The notes under the pieces were generated by a model. The model searched no databases, had not been told where the DNA came from, and saw only the letters and a program-made list of their open reading frames with translations. A DNA stretch of 64,000 nt from Octopus sinensis (lineage: Eukaryota). The translations under genes were made by a program, and so were the position numbers. Below are positions 11,976 through 24,739 of the stretch, piece after piece; within the stretch, counting starts at the first letter, position 1; every line of letters starts with the position of its first letter. Location of the stretch: positions 11,966,001-12,030,000 of the forward strand of contig NC_043012.1 in NCBI RefSeq assembly GCF_006345805.1. The letters are read 5' to 3'.

Positions 11976-13088
11976 GGAACCAATATTTATATCAACAACA
12001 TTAATTGCAGTAGTAGCAATACTAATCGATCATTTAGGAAATGGGACAAGCTGAGTCAAAGTTCTTGATCAAGGATAAAATGAATAAATAACAAGACGCA
12101 ACAACATTAACATCCTCACCAGTATTAAACGATAACAACACGAACACAAATAACAACAACAACAACGACGACGAAAACATCAGCTGACACAACAACAACA
12201 AACAACCGAAACAAGAACAGCAATAAGCAATAGCAGAGCGAAAACACCTAAAGCTCCACGACCCCTGTTGTACTCTTTCACTCCAACTTTCTCTCACTCT
12301 TTCTTCCTGTTTCTTGTCCCCGACTTCCTACGCAACCGCTGAGCCTGGATGCGCATTCATCCATCCGTCGATGCTCTCGGTGTCCGGGGTTGACCTGCTT
12401 TCTCTTCTGCGGGTCTTACGAATAGCAAAGGACCACGTTTCCAACTTCTCCCATCTTGTGAGCTCTGGGACGAAGATCGTTCGCTCAACAGCAACAGTAA
12501 CAGCAATAGCATCAGCAAAGAGAATACAATCATTAGTGTACTAAACGGCAGAAGTATCAACCGAATAGTCGTCATCTTCATCATCATCTTTAGGCTGGAG
12601 GTTACTTCCCCTTATCGTTTCAAAATTAACGAATATGTATAGTGACAATCGAATATCTAATGGAGGGAAATGAACATTCTCCAAATCTACTTTAACGTGT
12701 TTGGTTGTTATTCAACGTGATGTTTAGGTCCTGTACTTAATCTAAGGGTTTCTTTTCCCGAACCACTAAGTTACAGTGACATAAATACACCAGCACCGGT
12801 TGTCAATAAGTGGTGGGGTTAAACAAGCACAAGACTTTTACACACATACACTATCTCTCTCGCACATACGCACACATACACACACTCATATACACAGACA
12901 CATACACATATATGTATGTATGCATCTGCTTTTATGTTGGACACTAGACTGTGATTTGAGATGAATTCGTTTGTTATTTCTAGCATAATAAACGATCCCA
13001 TAGCGGTCTTCTCGTTGGTTGGATGGATATGTGATTATAAGCGAAATTGTATAAACGCTAGATTACAACAATAACGATAACGAACTGG

Positions 13089-13443
13089 AAGGCAGCGAGC
13101 TGGCGGAACCGTTAGCATGCCGAACAAATTGCTTACCGTCATTTTGTCCGGCTTCACGTTCTCAGTTCAAATTTCGCCGATGTCGATTTTGCTTTTCATC
13201 CTTTCTTGGAAGGCGGCGAGCTGGCAGACACGTTAGCACGCCGGGCGAGATGCGTAGCCGTATTTCGTTTGCCGTTACGTTCTGAGTTCAAATTCCGCCG
13301 AGGTTGACTTTGCCTTTCATCCTTGCGGGGTCGATAAATTAAGTACCAGTTACGCACTGAGGTTGATGTAATCGACTTAATCCGTTTGTCTGTCCTTGTT
13401 TGTCCCCTCTGTGTTTAGCTCCTTGTGGGTAGTAAAGAAATAT
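13089..13443 (+). mobile_element. Two abutting SINE-A copies (older partial plus younger full-length tail 1)
   Basis: Heads at about 13089 and 13210; the second runs to GTAGTAAAGAAATA. Confidence 0.8.
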
Positions 13444-13969
13444 TTAACGAACTGGTGGAATCCTTAAAATATCAAAGAATTTTGATGTCGTTGTTCTAAC
13501 TACTAACATTCCGAAGTCAAATCCCGGTGAGGTCAAATTTTCCTTTCGCCCCTCCTGGTTCACTAAAATGAGATACCAATCAAGAGCAGTGAATTGGTAG
13601 ATTGTTCGAGCGTTGGACAAATACATTGCCGTAATTGTTCTAGTCTTTTGTGTCCTGAACGACGAAACAATCGTAACAAAGGTGTTACTATCAAGCATTA
13701 CAAAATGGAGTTTTGGAAAATATACCGGATGTGAGTGTATTTTCCCGTGAAATTTTGCAATTAAGCACAGGGCGTCTCTTAGGGAAGTTGTCAGGCATCT
13801 TCGTGGTATAGAATAAAAATTGGTTAAAAATCTATGATGGGAGTTCTACAACACCCATACTTCTCTACACAATATATGCGCATACGTACTGACTATATGT
13901 ATGTATGCATGTATGTATGTATGTATGTATGTATGTATAAATATATGTATGTACGTATGAATGTATGTA

Positions 13970-14018
<49 letters not shown>

Positions 14019-14052
14019 TATATTATATATATATATATATTATATACTCTTT

Positions 14053-14260
14053 TACTCTTTTACTTGTTTCAGTCATTTGGCTGCGGCCATGCTGGAGCAC
14101 CGCCTTTAGTCGAGTAAATCGACCACAGGACATATTCTTTGTAAGCCTAGTACTTATTCTATCGGTCTCTTTTGCCGAACCACTAAGTTACGGGGACGTA
14201 GACACACCAGCATCGGTTGTCAAGCGATGTTGGGGGGGGACAAACACAGACACACAAGCA
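14053..14260 (-). mobile_element. SINE-C, 3' half
   Basis: TTACTTGTTTCAGTCATTTGGCTGCGGCCATGCTGGAGCACCGCC...CATCGGTTGTCAAGCGATG. Confidence 0.75.
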
Positions 14261-14274
14261 CACACACACGCATG

Positions 14275-14320
<46 letters not shown>

Positions 14321-14838
14321 TAAACACAGGTTTGCGCAAAAACCTAGATAAACAATGATTTTTGATGAAAAGAGCATAAGAAACTGAAGCGAATCCTTCA
14401 AATTTCATCTTTTAGTAGAACAGTATAATTTGTAAGACGTCTCAAAGATTCTCAACCTGAAATTCTTTGAATGAATAGCTGCATACACTTGGTCGTCTTC
14501 ATCTACAACGTCACATATGTAAAAGCAATCATTAACACATATATACGCGAACACGCATACGCACAAACACACACATACGTCGCGCACGCACACATATACA
14601 CACACATACGCATATGTACCAGCACTTTGATCTATAGAAACATATTCATGCAGAACATAACAGAGAGTGAATACATTATTTATCTGCTTATATTAACTCA
14701 GGCACATATCTGCAAACTTCGAAGCTTGTCTTAGCTCAAGAAGTCTTGTAATTTTCTTAGGGATCTGCTTGGATTCCACTAAAAGGAACTTGATGAAATC
14801 TCATACAATGCATTCATACTGACATATGTACAAGTATG

Positions 14839-15052
14839 GAGGGCGGCGATCTGGCAGAAACGTTAGCACGCTGGGTGAAATGCTTAGTGGCATTTGTCCC
14901 GTCACCCCGTTCTAAGTTCAAATTCCGTCGAGGTCAACTTTGCCTTTCATCCTTTCGGGGTCGATTAAATAAGTACCAGTTGAACACTGGGGTCGATGTA
15001 ATCGATCATCTCCCTCCCCCAAATTTCAGGCCTTGTGCGTATGGTAGAAAGG
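14839..15052 (+). mobile_element. SINE-A, tail type 2
   Basis: Head, B-box and core as above; tail CCCCCAAATTTCAGGCCTTGTGCGTATGGTAGAAAG. Confidence 0.8.
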
Positions 15053-15379
15053 ATCGTACAAATATGGATACATACATACATACATACATACATACATACA
15101 TACATACATACATGCATACATACATACATACATACATGCATGCATACATACATACATACATACATGCATGCATGCATACATACATATACAGAGGTAGCGT
15201 GCTTCTATTCAAAGTTTTCTCTTCTTGATATATTTTAATCGACAGCATTTAGCACATTAATCATTTCAACACTCCTTTAAACACATTACATTGTGAATCT
15301 GTTAATCGTTTACATTCTAGATCCTTTCTCCCAGTTAATCTAGAATTTTGATTATTCTAAAGAGGATATCTTTGAAACC

Positions 15380-16040
15380 GTGATGGTAAAGCATTTCTTA
15401 CTGCGATGTAACATCTGTCGGTTTGCCTTGCTGCTCCTAGTTCGTGTTTAAGGACAACTAGTATACCTATGAATGCCCGTCATCAGCCTTCCCATATATC
15501 TTCCATAGTCGGACATAAAGTCGTAGCTAATGGTTCATTAAATGATATCGAATTTTCAGATATATTTATTTGTTTATTTATTTTGCTGAAGGTAACTTAA
15601 TTTGGTTGTGTGTTATTATTTCAATCATTCTGTGTTGTTGCCAGCTGCTGGCAAATAGCTTCAGCACATTACAGCAGGACATTAATGGCCAAAATTTGGC
15701 AGATTCAATTTGTGTTAGGTATTTTTTGGCGACTTGATCGATCGGTCACAGATAGCATCAAGTCGGTACGTTTTCTATCGACTTGTGTAATAATCACCCT
15801 TTCTTTCATATTGCAATCTGTCGATGTAAATAATAAAGCTTTGCTTGTATCTTGCTGTAAGCTGTCCTTTGAGTTGTTTGTATTCTGCCGAAATTTCTGT
15901 TCGTTCATAAACAGCTTTTGCGTTTTGTCCGTGCAGTGGCAGATTTCATATCTCAGTGTTATTATTGTCAATTTTTGATATTTTAGTAGCAGGTTCAAGA
16001 TATTTACAATTTTCTCGATGGAAGGATGTAGTAGGCTGTT
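15380..16040 (-). pseudogene. Possible highly decayed retroelement ORF remnant
   Basis: Non-repetitive, coding-like minus-strand frames broken by stops (e.g. ISFNEPLATTLCPTMEDIWEG**); family not firmly recognised. Confidence 0.3.
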
Positions 16041-16167
16041 CAGAAAAATATTAGCTGTGCAATATCGATGGTCGATTTTGGAAGAAAGAGCAGCTTATTT
16101 TTTTTCCTCAAGGAATGTGGCTCGTTCCTGTTATTGTTTCGCATCGTATGTACGTGCGTATATTTGA

Positions 16168-16386
16168 ATGTATGTATGTATGTATGTATGTATGTATGTA
16201 TGTATGTATGTATGTATGTATGTATGTATGTATGTATGTATGTATGTATGTATGTATGTATGTATGTATGTATGTATGTATGTATGTATGTAGGTATGCA
16301 TGTATGTATGTGTGTATGTATGTATATGTGTATGTATGTATGTATATGTGTATGTATGTATGTATGTATATATGCACGTATGTATG

Positions 16387-16420
<34 letters not shown>

Positions 16421-16605
16421 TGTATGTATGCATGTATTTATGTATGTATGTATGTAGGTATGTGTGTATATGTGCATGTATGTATAAGTGTATGTATGTA
16501 TGTGTGTATGTATATATGTTTGTATGTATGTATATATGTATGTATGTATGTATGTGTGTATGTGTGTATGTGTGTATGTAGGTATGCATGTATGCATGCA
16601 TGTAT
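16168..16605. repeat. (TATG)n microsatellite
   Basis: About 440 bp; source of the YVCM/HTYI ORFs. Confidence 0.95.
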
Positions 16606-17084
16606 GGGCGTTATCTTTTTATTTGAATTTTACCTAAAAGTAAGCTGGTTTCTAAAAAGAAAAGAAAAAAATGGTCACTGGAATTTTGATAATGAAAACA
16701 ATACGTGCTATATGTCGAAAAGTTTTGCATATTTTTACAATTTCGTCTCCAAATTGTTTTTGCAAAGTATTAGTTTGGTAACTCGGGTAGTTATATAACC
16801 ATTTCCTTTCTACAGATTGCAAAAGTATTACCTTGAAAATGGCCGTGCATCTAAGGGGAATTAATGCTAGCATCATTTTCACCCGGAATAAGCTATTTTA
16901 GCATACAGAATGTTTCTCTTGTTTGGCATTTTTAAAGTACGTTGGTTTAACTGTTCTAGTGTTGCATGGGAGATTTTCAAGAGGTGAATATTTTCTCGAA
17001 GGGTTCCCACATTTCCGAGTATGTGGCTTACTTCTAAATTTTTATTGCTGTTGTTTAGTAGTTGCTGTTTCAATAATCTCTTAC

Positions 17085-17126
17085 CTCGCAAATGCTCTGA
17101 GATAGAGCCTGTCAGTCGCGCTATTT
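17085..17126 (-). CDS. Candidate 42-nt internal exon (unverified)
   Basis: gcttctccAG | 42 nt | GTAAGA; phase 1-1 reads xIARLTGSISEHLR. Confidence 0.2.
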
Positions 17127-17420
17127 CTGGAGAAGCTTTCAGTTAATGCATGGACTTAGAGGGTTTTAATAGATATGGAGTAGATTTCTTTTATAGACTA
17201 GTTAGATATTTAACGTTGTCATCATCTCTGGTAAGTGTAAACGAAATGTGTGATGTCGTATTGTAAGAGAAAAGCTACGATTGCTTTGTTTTTTTCCGTC
17301 ATTCTGCGTTTGTATGATATGTTTTAGTCAATTTGCAAGCATTTGTTGTACTTGTGTAGAACAGAAGAGATACAAGGAGAGAGAGAGAGAGAGAGAGGAA
17401 AATAGAGAGAGTTAAAGATA

Positions 17421-17457
<37 letters not shown>

Positions 17458-18096
17458 GGGATCATTGATAGAAAGGTTTCCGGTTTGGGGAAAAAGTTTT
17501 TTGCGTTGGTTTATCAAATATGAATATTTCTTTTTGTAAAATCCCATATCCATCTCACCATATCCATCTGTTCTGCAACATTGTAAGCAATTTTTTCATA
17601 TAAATCTTGAGAATCGCTAAAAAGAAATTATGGATTACCTTGGTGCCGCTTGCTATTGTAGAACCTAATATATAATCAGTAGAGAGTTTTTACTTTTCCT
17701 AAAGAAACAGAAACACAGATTGTATTCTCGATATATTTAATATATTTATAACAACGGAGGCAGTCAGTCATTCTGCTTTTAGTTATAAGGGTGAAGATTG
17801 TTGGCCCCAGAACTCTGTGATCTTCATAATGACAGCCACCTAGGATGGCAGCAAGTACTCTTGCCAGCTGTAGTAACTTTAGTAGCCATAAATGAGGAAT
17901 GCAACGGAGAGCTTGTACGTAGAGGCTTTTGGAATATTCTGTTTTTCTTTTCTTTGTATTTAACTATGCTTGAAACGACACGGCCCTATGCATGTATGTA
18001 TGTATGTATGTATGTATGTATGTGTGTGTGTACGTGTGTATGTGTGTGTGTACGTGTGTATGTGTGTATATATGTATGAATGTATGCACATATGTT

Positions 18097-18142
<46 letters not shown>

Positions 18143-18177
18143 CATACACACACATATATAGATATACATATATACAT

Positions 18178-18208
<31 letters not shown>

Positions 18209-19089
18209 CATGTGTATGTCTGTGTGTATACATACATTTATGTATTCATGGATAGATAGATAGATAAATAGATATAGATAGATAGATAGATCGATAGATC
18301 GATCGATCGATTGATAGATAGATCGATAGAGAGACAGATATAGCACACTAGAATATATGAAGTAATAATTAGCGCTACTTTCTTACAACTCTCTATATTC
18401 TAAGTTCAAATATCACCATAGCCAATCTTATCTTCATTTTTTGGTCGACTAATGAAGTGCTAATAAACAGCAGTGGACTGACTGGATTGGTAGAGCGTCC
18501 GACGAGATGCGTTGATAATTTTGTCATTAATTGTATTTTGAATTTTGTCTGTTTAACTAGGACTATTATGAGATGAAGGGCTCAAGGAAAACAAAAACGC
18601 GTCAGGATATCAGGCTGCATTTAAAGCTTATCGCTATGTCCTCAGGTAACATAAAACTGTAGTTTGTTCGGGATAAATGTTCAATGCGGCCGTCATTCGA
18701 GAAAAGAATACTGAGCAGTCAAAAGAAAAGTAGATATCAATTACATGCGTACATATGCTGCACATGCACATACATAATTAGTGACCATAGACACTTGTTA
18801 AATGATTGAGTCTATAGCCACAGGCACGTTTCTATCGGTGTATGTATGTGTGTGCGTGTGTGTGTAGAAACTACCATCTCCATAAATCTCTGATAGTTTT
18901 CACTCATGCAAAGAACATTCCAGCATTATCAATGACTGTTTGAATTATGTGAACGAGAATTGTAATAAATCTCGAAGAAAATCACATATACATGCATACT
19001 TGCAGATATATATGAAATCGTAAGTTCATATATATATATATATATGCATACGTACAAACATACGTACTTACATGCATACGTACATGCAT

Positions 19090-19270
<181 letters not shown>

Positions 19271-19519
19271 AATAATGAAAGAATGGACCTGATCGACGAA
19301 TTAACAAAATAAAGGAATTTTGTTAATTCGTCGTTCAGCTCCCTTCTTTCATTATTTGTATTTAAAAAAACAAAGAAATTTCCACACGATAGCACGTGAT
19401 CTCTGCCCTAGGCATGTAGCTTCAATCGTGTTTCTCTGACGTGAATTTGCTACCCAGGTATCGGTTAACCGAATTATCCATAATAAGATAATTCATTCAA
19501 CTACTCAATTATTTATATA

Positions 19520-19567
<48 letters not shown>

Positions 19568-20039
19568 TATATATATATACATACATACATAACATACATA
19601 CATACATACATACATACACATACATACATACATACAGGACTTACAATGCACTGTTGTTTAGTATACCTACAGGGTAGTTCTACCTCCACAAATCTCCATA
19701 TCAAACGTGGATGGATACTGAAGACAACATAAGTCCCGGGAAAGAGCAGTGCCAAGTCCCTCCGTTTTGTTTATTCCCAAAAGTTATTTGTAGTACTTTA
19801 TCCCTATTACAATGTGTTTTCTTTAACACACTTCGTAAAGCACTTCGTGAAATCAATGCAAGTGGATTTTCAAATCTTTCTGATTTATTCCCAAATGCAC
19901 GTGCAGAATATTTAACCCTTAAGCGACAGGAAGGGTTATATGGGTGTGTGGGTACCAAACGGGTAATAAACAATAAACTATCGATTTTTCTTAAGGATAA
20001 TTTCAATATCAATTTTCACTTTTCATATATATATTTTTT

Positions 20040-20230
20040 TATTTGTTGCAGTTATTTGACTGCGGCCATGCTGGAGCACCGCCTTTAGTCGAGAGCAAAT
20101 CGACCCCAAGACTTATTCTTTGTAAGCCTAGTACTTATTCTATCGGTCTATATTGCTGAGCCGCTAAGTGACGACGACGTAAACACACCAGCATCGGTTG
20201 ACAAGCGATGCTGGAGGGACAAACACAGAC

Positions 20231-20263
<33 letters not shown>

Positions 20264-20428
20264 CGCACACACACACACGCACATACACACACACACACAC
20301 ACACATATATATACGACGGGATTCTTTCAGTTTCCGTCCACCAAATCCACTCACAAGGCTTTGGTCGGCTCGAGGCTATAGTAGAAGGCACTTGCCGAAG
20401 GTGCTACGCAGTGGGACTGAACCCGGAA
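20040..20428 (-). mobile_element. SINE-C with internal (CA)n
   Basis: Tail, body and B-box end (GGGACTGAACCCGGAACCAT) all present. Confidence 0.85.
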
Positions 20429-20870
20429 CCATTATGTACAAAAACTATAATAATTGCTAGTGTCTTGCCCAATAATTTCATTTAAGTCTTCCGCATTGTA
20501 CAAATATATATTAATTGATGGTGTCTGCTAATTCTAATGAAGCACCAATTGATGAGTTCCACCGTTTAAGAGTTAATACAGAAAATTCATATGGGGTCGC
20601 ATCAAAAGAAGGTTTTAAAGGATTTTGAAATTCAATGAGCTCTCAAAACCCAAAAGCTTTTCATGGTTGTAAATAGTTATAAAAAAGGGCTTTCTGGGGG
20701 TAAAATAAGTCGCTTGGATATAAAAGTGTGGTTAAGAACCTCCTTGTTGCCAATGAAGAAATTAATTGCTGTAAATATTTTCCAGTAAATCTTGATGTCG
20801 TACGTGAGAAATAATAGATTTAGAATTCAGGCAGTGGAAACACGGCACAATAAAATTGTTGGATAGTATA

Positions 20871-21343
20871 CATATTTCTTTACTACCCACAAGGGGCTAA
20901 ACACAGAGGGGACAAACAAGGACAGACAAACGGATTAAGTCGATTACATCGACTCCAGTGCGTAACTGAAAGGATGAAAGGCAAAGTCGACCTCAGCGGA
21001 ATTTGAACCCAGAACGTAACGGCAGACGAAATACGGCTACGCATTTCGCCCGGCGTGCTAACGGTTCTGCCAGCTCGCCGCCTTTTAATGGAAGACCAGC
21101 AGTCGCCCATGCACACCGGCCTCCCCTCTCCACGCCACCAGTGTTATCCAAAGGAAAGGCAAAGGGGCCGATACAGCTTGGCACCCGTGACGTCGCAACT
21201 CATTTCTACAGCTGAGTGAACTGGAGCAACGTGAAATATGGTGTCTTGCTCAAGAACACAACGCGCAGCTCAGTCCGGGATTCGAACTCACGACCTCGCG
21301 ATCGTAAGCTCGACGCTCTAACCACTGAGCCATGCGCCTTCAC
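20871..21343 (-). mobile_element. Composite SINE-B (21085-21343) plus SINE-A (20871-21084) within one 16-bp TSD
   Basis: ATTGTTGGATAGTATA at 20855-20870 and 21344-21359. SINE-B head on the minus strand GGCGCATGGCTCAGTGGTTAGAGCG...GAGTTCGAATCCCGG is clearly tRNA-like. Confidence 0.85.
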
Positions 21344-21455
21344 ATTGTTGGATAGTATATAGTAACGACCCAGATTAGGTTTGCAAGAGAAAATCTTATG
21401 CAGAATACATTTAAATACATATATAATGTATTATGTGTTTTTTTTTTTTTTTTTT

Positions 21456-21855
21456 TTACTTGTTTCAGTCATATTGACTGTGGCCATGCTGGAGCACCGC
21501 CTTTAATCGAGTAACTCAACCCCGGGACTTATTCTTTGTAAGCCCAGTACTTATTCTATCGGTCTCTTTTGCCGAACTGCTAAGTTACAGGGACATAAAC
21601 ACACCAGCATCGGTTGTCAAGCAATGCTAGGGGGACAAACACAGACACACAAACACACACACACACATACATATGTATATATATACATATATATATACGA
21701 CAGGCTTCTTTCAGTTTCCGTCTACCAAATCCACTCACAAGGCATTGGTCGGCCCGAGGCTATAGTAGAAGACACTTGCCCAAGATGCCACGCAGTGGGA
21801 CTGAACCCGGAACCATGTGGTTGGTAAGCGAGCTACTTACCACACAGCCACTCCT
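21456..21855 (-). mobile_element. Full-length SINE-C
   Basis: Best-preserved copy: minus-strand head GGAGTGGCTGTGTGGTAAGTAGCT...GGTTCCGGGTTCAGTCCC through tail ACTGAAACAAGTAAA. Confidence 0.9.
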
Positions 21856-22407
21856 GTATATATTTTTTAATTACATGCTGTGTAATTAAATCTGTGATAG
21901 AAAAAAATTCAGGTTAAAATTAAATATGCATGAATAAATCAATTGAACGCATTGTGTTCGCTTGAAGCAATAAACTAGTTTTTGTATAAAATATTTAAAT
22001 ACACTTTAAGAATTGATAGAATCGAAAGAAATTAAAACTACAATATTTAAGCACTCACACGCGCGCGCAGAAACACACACACACATACATACACGCACAC
22101 AGTTACGTGCCGAGGAAAAAAACTAAGAGAGCTTTGAAATCGGCATCCAAACGCATTTAGGGAAGAAAAAAAAAATATTATTACACAGGGATAATTGAAG
22201 AAATGATTATCCAAACAAGCAAATGGATAAATAGACAAAGAAACGAATTGAAATTCCATTGTTTGAGTGATTTTTGTTATTGAATGTTGGTCGTGCTGTT
22301 GGGGTATCGTCTTCAAAATTTTGAGGCGATCATATCAACCACCATTCCTTATACAAGTTTAATTTAAAGATGCCTATTTGTCGAGCCACCATGTAACAAG
22401 ACATAGG

Positions 22408-22852
22408 GAATCTTTTCGGTTTGAACGGCAGTTTTTTCTAGCGGTGTCATATGAAATTGTCACCCATAATTATGACCCTAGAATCGATCTATTGCATTTC
22501 AATCTGTTTTAGGGTTAGGGTTAGTTAGGGTTAGTTAGGGTTAGGGTTAGGGTTAGGGGTGGGGGAAGGGTCATTTTTTTCTTCACAAATGTAAATAAAC
22601 CCAATCTGTTTATTAAACGAGGGACATATTCATACGGCACAGAATGTTGTTTACCTCAATGGACGTCAGTGATTGGTTGAAATTGCAGAAATTGAAGAAA
22701 AAACAACAACAATCTTACAAACTATAGAATTTTCTCAATAAAGCCAAGAGAAAAAGATGTTTTATAAACACATTCTACCAGTATACGAAGTTTAAAATTT
22801 TTTAGTTATCTGGAAATTATGTTAAAAACTGCCGTTCAAACCGAAAAGATCC
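22408..22852. mobile_element. 445-bp non-autonomous DNA transposon (MITE), 29-bp TIRs, 8-bp TSD; Merlin-like
   Basis: TIRs 22408-22436 and 22824-22852 match 28/29 (G(G/A)ATCTTTTCGGTTTGAACGGCAGTTTTT); TSD GACATAGG at 22400-22407 and 22853-22860. Confidence 0.85.
22509..22558 (+). repeat. Interstitial telomeric (TTAGGG)n inside the MITE
   Basis: About 7 TTAGGG units with two TTAG half-units, followed by GGGGTGGGGGAAGGG. Confidence 0.9.
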
Positions 22853-23368
22853 GACATAGGAAAGCACAAAATAAGCCCGGACTAAATTTATCCCAAATCA
22901 AAAATTCTGATCACATAGAGCTAGAACAAATACTGCAAACATCTCCTTCAACATCCTAACAACTCTGAAACATGCAGATAAAACATGACAATAGGCAGAT
23001 TTGAACCCAGAGAATAAAAGACCATACCGAAATACTGCATGGCCTGAAAATCTGACCCGACTCCGTTTCTGCTTATTTGGCCTTCAACATCGTCGGTTTT
23101 ATTTCGTATCCGAGAATTTAGCTTCTTCTTTGCTGAACGCTTCCTTTATGGTGATGGCGTTGATGACTATATAAACCAACCGTCAATATAACAACAATTA
23201 TAACAATAACAAAAGTGATGCTGTATAATACAGACATAATACCAGAAATTCGTTGTTTGTGTTTAGTACTTTCTCTTCGATGTCTCCCTCTCCCTGCTCA
23301 AACCCTTTTACTATATATTTTAACAATTTTATTATTTGATACATGTGTGTTTTCTCACCAACCATATT

Positions 23369-23406
23369 TCAACGAGGATACTCCGCGGGCAGAGTACTGT
23401 ACTTTC
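23369..23406 (-). CDS. Candidate terminal exon (unverified)
   Basis: catttgcttgaAG acceptor; phase 1 reads GKYSTLPAEYPR-stop; 95-nt intron to the 23502 exon. Confidence 0.2.
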
Positions 23407-23501
23407 CTTCAAGCAAATGTATTACAGCCGTAATAATTTCTCATCGTGTCCTTACTGAATAATTAACCTCATGCAGAACGATGAGGGCGCGTCAGCATTA
23501 C

Positions 23502-23537
23502 CTAGATCAATATCATTCATATGGTCTGCGGTTGCAT
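23502..23537 (-). CDS. Candidate 36-nt exon, phase 1-1 (unverified)
   Basis: Strong acceptor ttttttttcttttgccttAG, donor CTAG|GTAATG; only phase 1 is open: xATADHMNDIDL. Confidence 0.35.
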
Positions 23538-24271
23538 CTAAGGCAAAAGAAAAAAAATCGAACACTTAGGCCACGCAGAGTAAAATATCTTAAAAATCAT
23601 CGACCTTGAGTAACAGGTAGGGCTTGTAGCAGCTTGACATATTTTTTATGACATTAAGCGACGCCTAAACGACATTATAGAAGCTTAAATAATCGGAAGT
23701 CTATATCTTATGCACCCTAAAACACATATGGACATCCATGTACATACACACGTGTGTGCAAAGGAACACAGAAAAACGCTGTCAATTAGTCAATCAACAA
23801 ATAATCAATCGTTTTTTATTACGTAGTCTTCACAAAAGGAGCAAAAGGTGGGCGACTATAAACACATGGTTAAGTGCTCTCACACAAATATTGGGAGGGT
23901 TAAATAAATACAAGCATATATATACATACATGCATACGGGAACACATACATACATGCGTAGATGCATATATGCATGCATACATACTTACATGTTTACATA
24001 CATACAAACATACGTACGTACGTACGTGTGTACATTTACATATATAGTAGATATATGAACCTCGCATATAAACCTAACCAGTGCAATTTTAGTTTATTTA
24101 AGCAGGATCATAGTCTCAGAGAGTGCACAACAACTAAACAGGGAGTTGACGCTATGAGTGTATCTACGAGTAAAACAATGGACCTCAATATACCACATAA
24201 AGAAAATACAGACTATCTATTCGAATTTATCCCACAGAATATCAAAATATTTTGATAAGTATTGAATTTAC

Positions 24272-24327
24272 CAACCTTCGCTGACCTTAACTTCTCAATA
24301 CATGGCAGTTGTTGACAGGTAGAGGGA
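24272..24327 (-). CDS. Candidate 56-nt exon, phase 2-1 (unverified)
   Basis: ttttctatatatatatatcAG acceptor, TTG|GTAAAT donor; only phase 2 is open: xPSTCQQLPCIEKLRSAKV. Confidence 0.3.
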
Positions 24328-24432
24328 CTGATATATATATATAGAAAAGGATAAAGAAACAAAGTGCTCAATTGATATCCACCTGAGATATAGCAACTGA
24401 CTTGGGAAGTGAAAACAATTTCAGACAATTGT

Positions 24433-24513
<81 letters not shown>

Positions 24514-24515
24514 CA

Positions 24516-24555
<40 letters not shown>

Positions 24556-24739
24556 TCAATGAAATCATAAAAGAATCATCCATAAGTTGCAATAAGCAAC
24601 ATTTATTAAACGTTTTTACTGTTATTTCTTTATTTTCTGCAAACAAAATGCACAAAAAAGCTACACGTTTGCATTATTTTATATATACAATAATAATAAA
24701 AGACGTTACCGTATATATTTTTGCAAACCAAGGACGTTA

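Noticed and set aside
12015-12065. MGQAESK N-myristoylation-like start on the plus strand
   Set aside because: Stops after 16 codons with no usable donor; about one such motif is expected by chance in this much sequence.
18561-18645. Plus-strand exon-like segment (DYYEMKGSRKTKTRQDIRLHLKLIAMSS) with good AG/GT
   Set aside because: Isolated, no recognisable homology, no compatible neighbours found; shows the pseudo-exon background.
21270-21340. tRNA gene on the minus strand
   Set aside because: A and B boxes are present, but the anticodon and acceptor stems do not pair and the sequence continues into a SINE body, so it is a SINE head.
22509-22558. True telomere or chromosome-fusion scar
   Set aside because: Short, single orientation, and enclosed within a MITE with an intact TSD.
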